From Acidimicrobiia bacterium (GTDB lineage Bacteria > Actinomycetota > Acidimicrobiia > IMCC26256 > DASPTH01): a stretch of DNA of 64,000 nucleotides. Of this stretch, positions 8,270-16,689 are shown piece by piece. The DNA lies in contig JBBDHW010000060.1 of the NCBI GenBank assembly GCA_040880805.1, forward strand, positions 655-64,654, read 5' to 3'. The position numbers and the translations under genes are program-made. Every line of letters starts with the position of its first letter. Position 1 is the stretch's first letter. The notes beneath the pieces were generated by a model that saw only the letters and a list, made by a program, of their open reading frames with translations, was not told the origin of the DNA and made no database searches.

Positions 8270-8440
8270 TGGCCCCGCCGAAACTCGCAAGAACTTTGGG
8301 ACTCCTCGGGTTTGTGTGGGTCCATCCGTGGTCAACTTCCCCGGATCACCACCAGTCGGCCTGTGGGAGCCGTATGACCGGAGACGGTCACGTACGGTTC
8401 TGCGAGAGCGGGAGGGGGAGGATCCCTCCCGCCACTCACC
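8270..8440 (+). mobile_element. 3'-terminal relic of a group II intron (end of domain IV, then domains V and VI). Domains I-III and the reverse transcriptase are absent.
   Basis: A canonical domain V lies at 8367-8400. After a 3-nt linker there is a domain VI-like helix (8404-8437: GAGAGCGGGAGGG / CCCTCCCGCCACTC) with an unpaired A at 8434 as a branch-point candidate and CAC shortly after. Only about 165 nt separate the upstream WD40 stop (8203) from domain V, too little for a complete intron. The 5' boundary is a guess. Confidence 0.6.
8367..8400 (+). ncRNA. Group II intron domain V (catalytic hairpin).
   Basis: The 34-nt sequence GAGCCGTAT-GACCG-GAGA-CGGTC-AC-GTACGGTTC carries the AGC triad and a lower helix matching the consensus. 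It has a 2-nt AC bulge, a 5-bp upper helix with compensatory pairs, and a GNRA (GAGA) tetraloop. As I recall it, the flanking strands are identical to yeast ai5gamma D5 (GAGCCGUAUGCGAUGAAAGUCGCACGUACGGUUC). Confidence 0.88.
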
Positions 8441-8656
8441 CGACAGGGGGCCGCTGGCGAAGCTGCACCCACGGCGCGACGGAAACCACGCACCCACCGC
8501 GGAAACGCGTGGGACTGAGCCCGTCCGACCTACCGGCACGCAGACCAACCAGCGGCCTACCTCACCCTCGGCGTGTCTCGATCCGGTGTTCGGGGACGGT
8601 CGGGCGAGGAATGGGAGGTAGGTCGATGGTGCTCTACGGGCCGTATACTGCCCTGT

Positions 8657-8908
8657 ATGACAACGCCCGTGCCGACCAGATTCACCGACGAGGAGCTCGC
8701 GCTGATCGACGAACTCGTTGACGTAGGCATCGGCGACAGCCGATCTGCGGTGATTCGACGAGGAGTGCACCACCTTGCCGATGCGGTCCGCCGAGCGGGC
8801 GTCGGCGCCGCCATCGTCCAGTCGTACACCAAGCAGCCCCAGACGCTCGACGACAACGAGCTCGCGATGGCGAGCGCAATCGCGTTGACCGAGGCGGAGC
8901 CGTGGTAG
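8657..8908 (+). CDS. Ribbon-helix-helix (CopG/MetJ-type) antitoxin.
   Basis: The sequence TRFTDEELALIDELVDVGIGDSRSAVIRRGVHHL is a typical RHH N-terminus. The gene overlaps the downstream MazF-family gene (stop 8906-8908, toxin start 8902). I chose the ATG at 8657; the ORF track starts it at 8573. Confidence 0.7.
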   Translation: MTTPVPTRFTDEELALIDELVDVGIGDSRSAVIRRGVHHLADAVRRAGVGAAIVQSYTKQPQTLDDNELAMASAIALTEAEPW

Positions 8909-9213
8909 CCCAGGCCGAGCTCTGGTTGATGGAGACCCCGAACCAGAAGCGCCGACCGGTACTCGTCGTGTCGCGCGACGAGGCCATCCCAGTTCTCAAC
9001 AACGTCGTGGTGGCGCCGGTCACGAGCACGATCCGAGACATCCCGACATGCATCCCCGTCGGCCCCGAGGAAGGCATCGACCACGACAGCGCGGCCACGT
9101 TCGACAGCCTCGCCGCCGTACCGAAGTCGGTCCTCACGACGCGCCTCGGCGAACTCGGCGTCGGTGGACGACGCCGCATCTGCGAGGCCTTGGACGCCGT
9201 CGCCAACTGCTGA
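8902..9213 (+). CDS. mazF: MazF/PemK-family type II toxin (endoribonuclease).
   Basis: The sequence ELWLMET..QKRRPVLVVSRDEAI..LNNVVVAPVTSTIRDIPT.IPV matches the MazF/PemK core (RPvlVvS ... V.PiTs). The size of 103 aa fits, and there is a 7-nt overlap with the upstream antitoxin. Confidence 0.75.
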   Translation: MVAQAELWLMETPNQKRRPVLVVSRDEAIPVLNNVVVAPVTSTIRDIPTCIPVGPEEGIDHDSAATFDSLAAVPKSVLTTRLGELGVGGRRRICEALDAVANC

Positions 9214-9403
9214 CGACGGTCACCCAGCCGGCGTTCGGAGACGGCTGGAGTCAGGAGCCGTACACCGGCAGCCGGGAAACGGCTACTTCGTTGGTCCGGT
9301 GATCGCAGGCAGGTTCGCATCGTGCTGGTTGCTGTCGCCTTGTGTAGTCAGCCGTCCGCTGCACTGCGCGAGCGCTGGTCTTTGGGACCGTCGACGTCGC
9401 TCG

Positions 9404-9437
9404 GCGCGGCTGGAGGGATCCAGTTCTCCAGCCGCGC
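9404..9437 (-). terminator. Strong hairpin immediately 3' of the glyoxalase-family gene, in the convergent gap with the toxin gene.
   Basis: A perfect 12-bp stem, GCGCGGCTGGAG (9404-9415) / CTCCAGCCGCGC (9426-9437), encloses a 10-nt loop. It lies 4 nt past the stop of the minus-strand gene. There is no U-tract, which is common in high-GC actinobacteria. Confidence 0.45.
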
Positions 9438-9441
9438 TTCG

Positions 9442-9933
9442 CTACTCGAGCTCACCGAAGCGGAGCCGGTTGCCGAATGGGTCGACGACGGCGAACTCGG
9501 TGCGACCGTCCGCGCTCTCGAGGCCTGGCTTGTTGCGGCCCACCGAGAACTTCTCGCTCAGCTCCGCGTGCAGGTCTCGCACGCCGGTCATGTAGATGTA
9601 GACGACCGAGCCGGGAGTGCTGTCGCCCTGGTGTTCGGTGAGATGCAGCACGAGGTCCCCTCTCGACACCTGGCGGTAGAGGGGGAGATCGGGCTCGAAG
9701 CGGTGCTCCCAATCGACCGTCATGCCGAGGTAGTCGACATAGAACTCGGTCGCTCTGTCTGTGTCGAAGGTCCGCAGGATCGGAACAACGCTGGTGAATT
9801 TCATGGACGGGTCCTCTCTCGATGCGGGCGCGGTGGCGGTTGCGAGGAGGCGTTGGCGTGCCGACGCGTACGACGTGCGCTGTTTGCGGGCGCGTGCACG
9901 TACGAGTTGCTTGAAGTCCTTGTCGGCGGTCAT
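9442..9933 (-). CDS. Glyoxalase/bleomycin-resistance (VOC) superfamily protein with a short basic N-terminal extension.
   Basis: The sequence MKFTSVVPILRTFDTDRATEFYVDYLGMTVDWEHRF...LVLHLTEHQGD...AVVDPFGNRLRF is a bleomycin-resistance-like VOC fold pattern. I chose the ATG at 9933; the ORF track extends it to 10038. Confidence 0.7.
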   Translation of the reverse strand: MTADKDFKQLVRARARKQRTSYASARQRLLATATAPASREDPSMKFTSVVPILRTFDTDRATEFYVDYLGMTVDWEHRFEPDLPLYRQVSRGDLVLHLTEHQGDSTPGSVVYIYMTGVRDLHAELSEKFSVGRNKPGLESADGRTEFAVVDPFGNRLRFGELE

Positions 9934-10303
9934 CCGGTGCCTCGCACCCGTCCGGTGTGGCAGTCCCCAGCAGTGCCGCCCGGACGGTGGAGCTACCGAA
10001 CGAACCTGACCGGAAAATTCGCTCCCCTTTGCCTCCATCGAGCGCCCTTGCTGGGTGACCCAATGGACCGAGCCGTGTGATCATGACCGCAGAGCGAGTC
10101 CTGCGCTCGACCTCCGACGACCTTCCCACAACCACGAGCCGACGGCGAGCAGCACAGATCGGCGTGTCGGCGTGTACCGGCGCGGCAGGCCCTAAGCACG
10201 TTGTCGCGTACGCGGCGTGAGCGCATTATGGGCGTGACATGCCCACGGCGAACAGCGTGTCTTGGAGCGTGACTTGCGGATATCGGGTGTCGGCGATGCT
10301 TTC

Positions 10304-11680
10304 TTACGTCGTGGGTTGGATGTTCTGGTTCAGGTGGAACAGGTTGGCCGGGTCGTACTTGGTCTTGATCGCAGCCAACCGCTCGTAGTTGCCTCGATAG
10401 TTGGCCTTGATGCGGCTCTGGTCGTCGCCGTCCATGAAGTTGATGTAGCCGCCTTCAGCCGAATACGGCTCGAGCGCTTCGTAGTAGCCGCGGACCCAGG
10501 CGATGTTCGTGTCGTTGTCGGCGGGGTTTTCCCACATGCCGGCGATGACGGGCGAGAAGTTGACGTCGCGGTACGCGAACGCTGTCTCGTCGGCACCCAC
10601 GCGTTGCACGGCCCCGTCGATTGGATAGAGGTGGACGGCACACTGGATTGCTGGGACCCGTGCACCATGGTCGGCGTGCACGGCGATCGCCTCGTCGCTG
10701 AGGTCGCGGGCGAAGCTCGCTTTCCAATAGTGCTGAAGTCCGGCGGGGAGCAGCGGGTCGAAGAGAGTGTTGAGCGCCGGATACGGCATCGCGCCGACGT
10801 GCGACCCGACAGGCGCGACGACATCGAGGAACGGCTTGATCATCTTCTCGCCCTGGTCGAGTGGACCCGCCCAACACGGCACCGCGAGACACACGTTCTT
10901 GAAATGCCACTCCTCGGGCAAGAACGGCAGCGGCGGCGCGAGATGGAACCCGACGAATCCCCCCAACTCCTCGGGGGACTCAGCAATGTACTCGCGGTAG
11001 AAGCGCAAGACCTCGTCGGCCCGATCGACGGGATACGCGATCGGTCCACCGTAGATGTCCGCCACGGGGTGCAGCCGGTACTCGAACGTGGTGACGACAC
11101 CGAAGTTGCCGCCGCCCCCGCGCAACGCCCAGAAGAGGTCGCTGTTGTCGTTCTCGCTGGCGGTGACCACGCGTCCGTCGGCGGTGACAACCTCAGCCGA
11201 CAGGAGGTTGTCGCACGACAGTCCGTACTTTCGCGAGAGGTAGCCGATGCCCCCACCGAGGGTGAGACCCGCGATCCCCGTCGAGCCGATGATGCCGCCC
11301 GTGGTCGCCAGACCATACGCATTCGTGGCTTCGTTGAACCCCGCCCAGGTACACCCGCCGCCAGCGCGCACGGTCTGGGTGTCCGTTGCGACGACGACGT
11401 CTTGGAGGAGGCTGAGATCAATCACGAGCCCCCCGTCGTTGGTACCGAAGCCCGGCGCGCTGTGCGCGCCACCCCGAACCGAGAGATCGAAACCCTCGGC
11501 GCGGGCCACACCGATCACCGCGGCCACGTCGGCTGTCCCGGTGCAGCGCACGATGGCGGCGGGACGCTTGTCAATCATGCCGTTATAGACCTTGCGGGCC
11601 TCCTCGTACCCGGCATCTCCCGGAGCGATCACCTCGCCGCTCGCCTCGCTACGTAACGCGTCGATTGCAGACATGCTCAT
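10304..11680 (-). CDS. FAD-linked oxidase (PCMH-type FAD-binding domain plus a BBE-like C-terminus).
   Basis: Motifs are RGGAHS..G....DGGLVIDLS, GGG.TW, GLTLGGGIGYLSRKYGL, LFWALRGGGGNFGVVT, and the C-terminal YINFMD...NYERLAAIKTKYDP.NLFHLNQNI. Confidence 0.85.
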   Translation of the reverse strand: MSMSAIDALRSEASGEVIAPGDAGYEEARKVYNGMIDKRPAAIVRCTGTADVAAVIGVARAEGFDLSVRGGAHSAPGFGTNDGGLVIDLSLLQDVVVATDTQTVRAGGGCTWAGFNEATNAYGLATTGGIIGSTGIAGLTLGGGIGYLSRKYGLSCDNLLSAEVVTADGRVVTASENDNSDLFWALRGGGGNFGVVTTFEYRLHPVADIYGGPIAYPVDRADEVLRFYREYIAESPEELGGFVGFHLAPPLPFLPEEWHFKNVCLAVPCWAGPLDQGEKMIKPFLDVVAPVGSHVGAMPYPALNTLFDPLLPAGLQHYWKASFARDLSDEAIAVHADHGARVPAIQCAVHLYPIDGAVQRVGADETAFAYRDVNFSPVIAGMWENPADNDTNIAWVRGYYEALEPYSAEGGYINFMDGDDQSRIKANYRGNYERLAAIKTKYDPANLFHLNQNIQPTT

Positions 11681-11777
11681 GCTCCCTCCCGGCAGCCCGG
11701 CACCTCTGGGTGCCGCTTCTCGACGTCATCATGGACCTTCATCGCAGGTGACACCCCTCATTCACGCGTCAGGTCTG

Positions 11778-12167
11778 TCAACGGCTTCCCATCTGCGTGA
11801 GCATGTGGTCCATCACCTTCGTGTGCTCGACCTGTGGGCTGAAGAGGATGACCTCGGCGTCGTCCACCACGCGCACGCTGTGTCCGGGGGGCCAGTAGAA
11901 CAGGTCGTTTTCGGAGCAAGTCTCGTCGGTCCCGTTGGTGTAGGTGACGACGACTTCACCCGAGAGCATGTAGCCCCAGTGCGGGGCCTGGCAGGCGTCA
12001 CCCTCGAGCCCTTTCAACAGTGGGGCAATGTCGGTGCCGGCCCCGAGCGAGAAGTACTCGCCTCCGAGCGTGCCGAGTCCGGACGGATCACCGAAGCCAT
12101 CGGCTTGGCGTGCGACCGCGCCGGGCACGTCGATCTTGACTGGTATCTCGTTCTTGGCGATGCGCAT
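11778..12167 (-). CDS. Cupin-domain protein.
   Basis: It is a small beta-rich protein with HWGYMLSGEVVV...G...FYWPPGH motifs. The ATG at 12167 is preceded by AAAGG. It is transcribed divergently from an HxlR regulator. Confidence 0.6.
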   Translation of the reverse strand: MRIAKNEIPVKIDVPGAVARQADGFGDPSGLGTLGGEYFSLGAGTDIAPLLKGLEGDACQAPHWGYMLSGEVVVTYTNGTDETCSENDLFYWPPGHSVRVVDDAEVILFSPQVEHTKVMDHMLTQMGSR

Positions 12168-12278
12168 GCGACACCTTTCTGTGGAGCCAACTCGGACCAT
12201 CTGCGGTTGCCCCAACATCGAAACCCCTCGGAGGCAGGTTGACTAGTTCCAATACTGAACCGATGGCATGCTGGTGGC

Positions 12279-12938
12279 ATGAACAAATACGGCCAGTACT
12301 GCCCGATCTCGCGCTCGGCCGAGGTGCTCGGCGATCGTTGGACCTTCCACATCGTGCGCGACCTGCTCACCGGCACGACAAGATTCAACGAGCTGGTCCG
12401 TGGTAATCCGGGGCTCTCACGGGCACTGTTGAGTCGGCGGCTCGATCAACTCGAACGCGCCGGAGTGGTCGCGCACGATCCGAACGGGAGTTACCAACTC
12501 ACGCCCGCCGGCCGCGACCTGCAACCGGTCGTCTTCGGCCTCGCCGAGTGGGGCGCGAGATGGGCGTTCGGCGAGCCCGACCCCGACGAACTCGACGCCG
12601 ATCTGCTGTTGTGGTGGCTCCACCGCCGCCTGAACCCCGACACCCTTCGCGGGCCCCGCTTCGTCATCTACGTGCACTTCGGCGACGATCCGAACCGGTA
12701 CTGGATCGTCGTCGAAGACGAGGCATCTCTCTGTCTCACCGACCCGGGGTTCGATGTCGATCTCACGCTCCACTCCGAACTCTCGACGCTCTACCGCATC
12801 TATCTCGGGTACCACACGCTCACCGATGCGTTCCACGAAGGTCAGCTCCATCTCAGCGGATCCAACGCCGCCATACGCAGCTTCATCGACGCATTCCAGC
12901 CTTCCCCCGTCGCCGCCATCGTTGCGGAAGCGACATAG
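12279..12938 (+). CDS. HxlR-family transcriptional regulator with a C-terminal extension.
   Basis: The N-terminus YCPISRSAEVLGDRWTFHIVRDLLTGTTRFNELVRGNPGLSRALLSRRLDQLERAGVV is the HxlR winged-helix signature. Confidence 0.85.
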   Translation: MNKYGQYCPISRSAEVLGDRWTFHIVRDLLTGTTRFNELVRGNPGLSRALLSRRLDQLERAGVVAHDPNGSYQLTPAGRDLQPVVFGLAEWGARWAFGEPDPDELDADLLLWWLHRRLNPDTLRGPRFVIYVHFGDDPNRYWIVVEDEASLCLTDPGFDVDLTLHSELSTLYRIYLGYHTLTDAFHEGQLHLSGSNAAIRSFIDAFQPSPVAAIVAEAT

Positions 12939-12964
12939 CGGCAATCTCCGTCTGTGCCCTGATG

Positions 12965-13127
12965 CAACCTTCGTAGAAACGCCACGGTGATAATCCAGCC
13001 AGGCATTGAGCGCATCTCGCTCGTCGTGCGACTCGAACCCCGGTTCCGGATACTCCTTCGGAGCCATCAAGAGAGAGTACGGACTGCCGGCCGCGGGGTA
13101 CTTCGAATACACAAGCACACCGAACAC
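12965..13127 (-). pseudogene. N-terminal fragment of a DinB/DUF664-like protein.
   Basis: The sequence EYPEPGFESHDERDALNAWLDYHRG resembles the start of DUF664/DinB_2 proteins (ER..L..fLDyqR). The similarity stops where the HxlR gene's 3' end begins, and there is no room for the rest of the domain. Confidence 0.3.
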
Positions 13128-13264
13128 GCGCGCCGAAACACCGATGCTGCGACAACGTCCGCCGCGCCAGATCGGCAGTGCTTCACTTCGGTGCTCGGTC
13201 TGCGGCGTGGCAGCACAGCGGCTGAGGTAGCACGAGCGCGAGTGGTAGCGGGTACGGTGCGCGC

Positions 13265-14344
13265 ATGCGCGCAGCCATCTTCGTAGAACAACATGAGGAC
13301 CTCTCGCTGGAGGACGTCACCGCTCTCACGCCCGGGCCGCGTGACGCCATCGTCCACGTGCACGCGAGTGGGGTGTGCCAGTCCGACCAGGCGGTGATCG
13401 ACCGCATGCCCGGTGGCAACCCGATGATCCTCGGGCACGAGGCTTGCGGCGTGGTCGAGTGGGTCGGCGCCGAGGTGTCGCGCGTACGGCCCGGCCAGCG
13501 AGTGATCGTCGCGCTCACACCGGTGTGCGGGCAGTGCTGGTTCTGCCGGCGGCAGGAGACGCACCTCTGCGAGATGGGGCCCGAGGTGATGGCCCGGCCC
13601 CGCGCCCAGCGCGCCGACGGGTCCGTGGCGAACGCGATGAGCGGGGTCGGCAGCTTCGCCGACGTCATGACGGTCGACGAGGCGTCATGCATCCCGGTCG
13701 ACACGGATCTCCCGGCCGATCAGCTCGCGCTCATCGGGTGCGGGTTCACCACCGGATTTGGTGCAGTGATCAACACCGCGCAGGTCGGTCCGGGCGCCAC
13801 GGTTGCCGTGATCGGCTGCGGTGGCGTGGGAACCTCGGCGATCCAGGGAGCGCGAGTCGCCGGCGCGTCGCGCATCATCGCGATCGACCCCGTGGCGATG
13901 AAGCGCCAGTCAGCCCTGCGGTTCGGTGCGACCGACGAAGTCGACCCGAGCGCGGGCGACCCGGTGGAGCAGGTGATCGCCCTCACAGGAGGTCGCGGCG
14001 TGGACTTCGCCTTCGAGGCGGTGGGCGTCGAGCAGCTGCAGCTGCAGGCGCTCGAGATGACTCGACGCGGCGGCACCACAGTGTTGGTCGGCGTCGCCGG
14101 TCGCAGCGCGGGTCTCGCGCTGCCGACGTTGCGGATGGTGATGGAGGACCGCACGGTGAAGGGCAGCTACTACGGCTCCGCGCGCGTCACACGCGACTAC
14201 CCGCGCTTCATCGAGCTCATCGAGACCGGCCGGGTTGACCTGGGCGGGATGGTCACGAAGCACTTCTCGCTCGAAGAGGTGAACCAGGCGCTGGCCGCGA
14301 TGCGCGACGGCGCGGTCGTGCGCGGCGTCTTGATGGGTTCTTGA
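13265..14344 (+). CDS. Zn-dependent alcohol dehydrogenase (MDR superfamily).
   Basis: Motifs are GVCQSD, GHEACGVVEWVG, the structural-Zn cysteine cluster CGQCWFCRR..HLC, and the Rossmann motif VIGCGGVG. Confidence 0.9.
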   Translation: MRAAIFVEQHEDLSLEDVTALTPGPRDAIVHVHASGVCQSDQAVIDRMPGGNPMILGHEACGVVEWVGAEVSRVRPGQRVIVALTPVCGQCWFCRRQETHLCEMGPEVMARPRAQRADGSVANAMSGVGSFADVMTVDEASCIPVDTDLPADQLALIGCGFTTGFGAVINTAQVGPGATVAVIGCGGVGTSAIQGARVAGASRIIAIDPVAMKRQSALRFGATDEVDPSAGDPVEQVIALTGGRGVDFAFEAVGVEQLQLQALEMTRRGGTTVLVGVAGRSAGLALPTLRMVMEDRTVKGSYYGSARVTRDYPRFIELIETGRVDLGGMVTKHFSLEEVNQALAAMRDGAVVRGVLMGS

Positions 14345-14370
14345 GCGCACTTCGGTTCGGCGAGGCGCGG

Positions 14371-15702
14371 CTACGAAGATGTGGCTGCGCTGCGAGCAGA
14401 AGTCGCGACGGACACGAACTCCAGGTGCAGCTCCCGGAGGCCGCGGAGCATGTAGGTGGGGTCGTACTCGTAGCGCCGGGCGTCGGCCGGGCCGTGGTGA
14501 GCTTCGGAGATCCGGATGTCCTCCGTGCGGTCGAGGAAGCGCTGGATGGTGACTTTGGTCTCCGCACGCGCGAGGGGTGCGCCGGCGCACGAGTGGATGC
14601 CGTGCCCGAACCCGACGTGCATGCGACCGTTCGCGCGATCGAGACGGAACTCGCCCGGGTTCTCGAACTGGCGCGGGTCGCGGTTCACCGCGTCGTTCAT
14701 CAGGAACACGGTCGTGCCGGCGGGGAGGTCGATCCTCCCGACCGTGGTCGGGACGCGAGAGAGCCGGAACGAGCCCTTCAACGGGCTCTCGATCCGCAGC
14801 TGCTCCTCGATGAACGGCGAGATGAGATCGCGGTCGTCGCGCAGCCGCTGCTGGAGCTCGGGTCGGTCGCCGAGCCGCCGGAACGACATGGTGATGAGCC
14901 GGGCCGTGGTCTCCCCGCCCGCGGAGAACAGGTTGGCCGCGATCCTCATGACATCGTCGACCGGGGGCAGTGTGCCGTCGGGGAACGTCGCCTGGGCCAT
15001 CTCCGTCATGATGTCGTCGCGCGGCGCGCGCCGACGGTCCTCGATGTAGGCGGTGAACTGCTCGTAGAGGAACTCGAGCGGCTTGTGCGACAGCTTCGCC
15101 GGACCTGCCTCCTGCACGAGACTTGAGCGGAACTGTGCCATCGGGCGCTCCCTGCCCGCGAGCTTGGCGCGGATCTCGTCGCGGTCCTCGTCGGGCACGC
15201 CGAGGAGGTCGGCGATCACCATGAGGGTGAAGGGCAGTGCGTATTCGGGGATGAAGTCGCACTCACCGCGGTCGTAGAACTCGTCGATCGTCCGATCGGC
15301 GAGCTGCCACATGTACTCCTCGTTCTCCTTGAGGCGCTTCGGCGTGATCAGCCGCATCAGCAGTCCGCGCTGTGCAGTGTGCTTGGGCGGGTCGAACGAG
15401 GGCAGCTGGTCGCTGAACGGCAGCTCGTCGCGGTGCGCCTCGATGATCTCGGTGATGTCGTCGCCCTCGAGCGGAACCGGGATCTTGACGAACGGCCCGC
15501 TCACCGTGTTGCAATTCGACCACGTCGCCTGGTCGTGGTACACGGCGATCGCCTCTTCGTACCCCGTGACCAGCCACACGTCCCACTTCGGGTAGTACCA
15601 CAGCGGGCCTTGCTCGCGGACCCAGTCGTAGTACGCGTATGGGTCCTGGGGGAGGTCAGGGTCGCGGAACAGGTCGATGTCGGCGAAATCAGTGTTGCCC
15701 AC
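14371..15702 (-). CDS. Cytochrome P450 (paralogue pair A with 16690..17949).
   Basis: The haem loop is FGHGIHSCAGAPLAR, the ExxR motif is present, and the I-helix reads AGGETT. The GTG start at 15702 has GGAGGA 5 nt upstream and aligns with the paralogue's start; the ORF track starts it at 15717. Confidence 0.92.
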   Translation of the reverse strand: MGNTDFADIDLFRDPDLPQDPYAYYDWVREQGPLWYYPKWDVWLVTGYEEAIAVYHDQATWSNCNTVSGPFVKIPVPLEGDDITEIIEAHRDELPFSDQLPSFDPPKHTAQRGLLMRLITPKRLKENEEYMWQLADRTIDEFYDRGECDFIPEYALPFTLMVIADLLGVPDEDRDEIRAKLAGRERPMAQFRSSLVQEAGPAKLSHKPLEFLYEQFTAYIEDRRRAPRDDIMTEMAQATFPDGTLPPVDDVMRIAANLFSAGGETTARLITMSFRRLGDRPELQQRLRDDRDLISPFIEEQLRIESPLKGSFRLSRVPTTVGRIDLPAGTTVFLMNDAVNRDPRQFENPGEFRLDRANGRMHVGFGHGIHSCAGAPLARAETKVTIQRFLDRTEDIRISEAHHGPADARRYEYDPTYMLRGLRELHLEFVSVATSARSAATSS

Positions 15703-15944
15703 CGCGGTCCTCCGCAACGATCGTCGATGACGTGGTTTGCCCGTACGAGAGCAACGTTACGGCGAAGCTGGACAGCGGCGACACCCGCCGTCTCGCTGAC
15801 GCCAACGCGGGAGTCGTTATTGTCTGACTGTCCGATCTGGCGTGTCGAGGAATGACATGAAGCAAACGGCCGTGCTCGCGTGACTGCACCGCAGGGCGCT
15901 CGCTCCCCGGAAGGCGCCGCCACTTACGCACAGGACCAGAGCTC

Positions 15945-16133
15945 ATGAGGGTGGAGGTCGACGCTGATTGCTGCGGCGGCTTCGGACAATGCGTGATCCT
16001 CTGTCCTGACGTGTTCGCGCTGACCGACGCGGGATATGCCGTCGTGGTGCTGCCCGACATTCCCTCCGAGCTCGAGGCGGTCGTCCGCGAGGCAGAACAG
16101 AGCTGCCCCACGCACGCGATCACGGTGACGTGA
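15945..16133 (+). CDS. Small ferredoxin (single-cluster, P450-partner type).
   Basis: The 62-aa protein has C..GFGQC...CP...........CP, the pattern of 3Fe-4S/4Fe-4S actinobacterial ferredoxins. It is flanked by P450 genes. Confidence 0.85.
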   Translation: MRVEVDADCCGGFGQCVILCPDVFALTDAGYAVVVLPDIPSELEAVVREAEQSCPTHAITVT

Positions 16134-16225
16134 TCGGCGTCGAGCGCTGTCAGCCGGAGAGGCTGTCGCGGTACTGATCCTCGTGCTCGCGCGCGGTAGC
16201 GCGGGCGGGACTAGCTTCCCGTGCC

Positions 16226-16651
16226 GTGGGGGACCGCGACGAGATCACCGCCCTGGTGTACCGCTATGCCGAGCTGCTCGACGGCGGCGACATCGACGGC
16301 GTCGTTGCGCTGTTCGCGGATGCGACGTGGCGTTCCGCGGCAACCGGCAAGGTGTTGCGCTCGCCGGAGGAGATCCGGGCCGTCTACGACCGCATCATGC
16401 TCTACGACGGTACGCCGAAGACCCAGCACCTGATGAGCAACCTGACCATCGATCTCGTCGAGGGTGCCGACGGGGCGACGGGGCGCTGCTACTACACGGT
16501 TCTCCAGGGTCTCGACGCGGGCGAACCGATCCAGACCATCGTCGCCGGGCGCTATATCGACCGGTACCGACGCGGCTCGGACGGCTGGCAGTTCGCGGAC
16601 CGCCTGTTCATCGTCGACCTTCCCGGTGGCCAGTCGCGCCACTTCGCGTGA
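16226..16651 (+). CDS. SnoaL-like / NTF2-fold protein.
   Basis: The sequence EITALVYRYAELLDGGDIDGVVALFADATW...Y.DRYRR..DGWQFADR is typical of SnoaL_4/NTF2-like proteins. The start codon is GTG. Confidence 0.7.
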   Translation: MGDRDEITALVYRYAELLDGGDIDGVVALFADATWRSAATGKVLRSPEEIRAVYDRIMLYDGTPKTQHLMSNLTIDLVEGADGATGRCYYTVLQGLDAGEPIQTIVAGRYIDRYRRGSDGWQFADRLFIVDLPGGQSRHFA

Positions 16652-16689
16652 GGCGGCCGCAAGCGGACTGCGAAGGCGGCGGCCCGCGG

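Noticed and set aside
8493-8513. Small hairpin with a GAAA tetraloop (CCCACCGCG-GAAA-CGCGTGGG, one bulged C) about 55 nt after the intron relic
   Set aside because: It is too short to assign. It could be a 3'-exon or terminator remnant, or chance in GC-rich DNA, and it has no supporting context.
7844-8773. ORFs 7844-8773 (minus) and 8014-8721 (plus) spanning the WD40 3' end and the spacer
   Set aside because: Neither has protein motifs. The plus-strand one merely translates across the group II intron DV/DVI RNA. Its ..GDGHVRFCESGRG.. stretch is the translation of domain V.
10262-11656. 464-aa plus-strand ORF antisense to the FAD-linked oxidase
   Set aside because: It is a shadow ORF. The minus-strand frame has unambiguous FAD-binding and BBE motifs.
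13910-15262. 450-aa minus-strand ORF spanning the ADH 3' end and the P450
   Set aside because: It is out of frame with the real P450 and is extremely Arg/Pro-rich low-complexity sequence.
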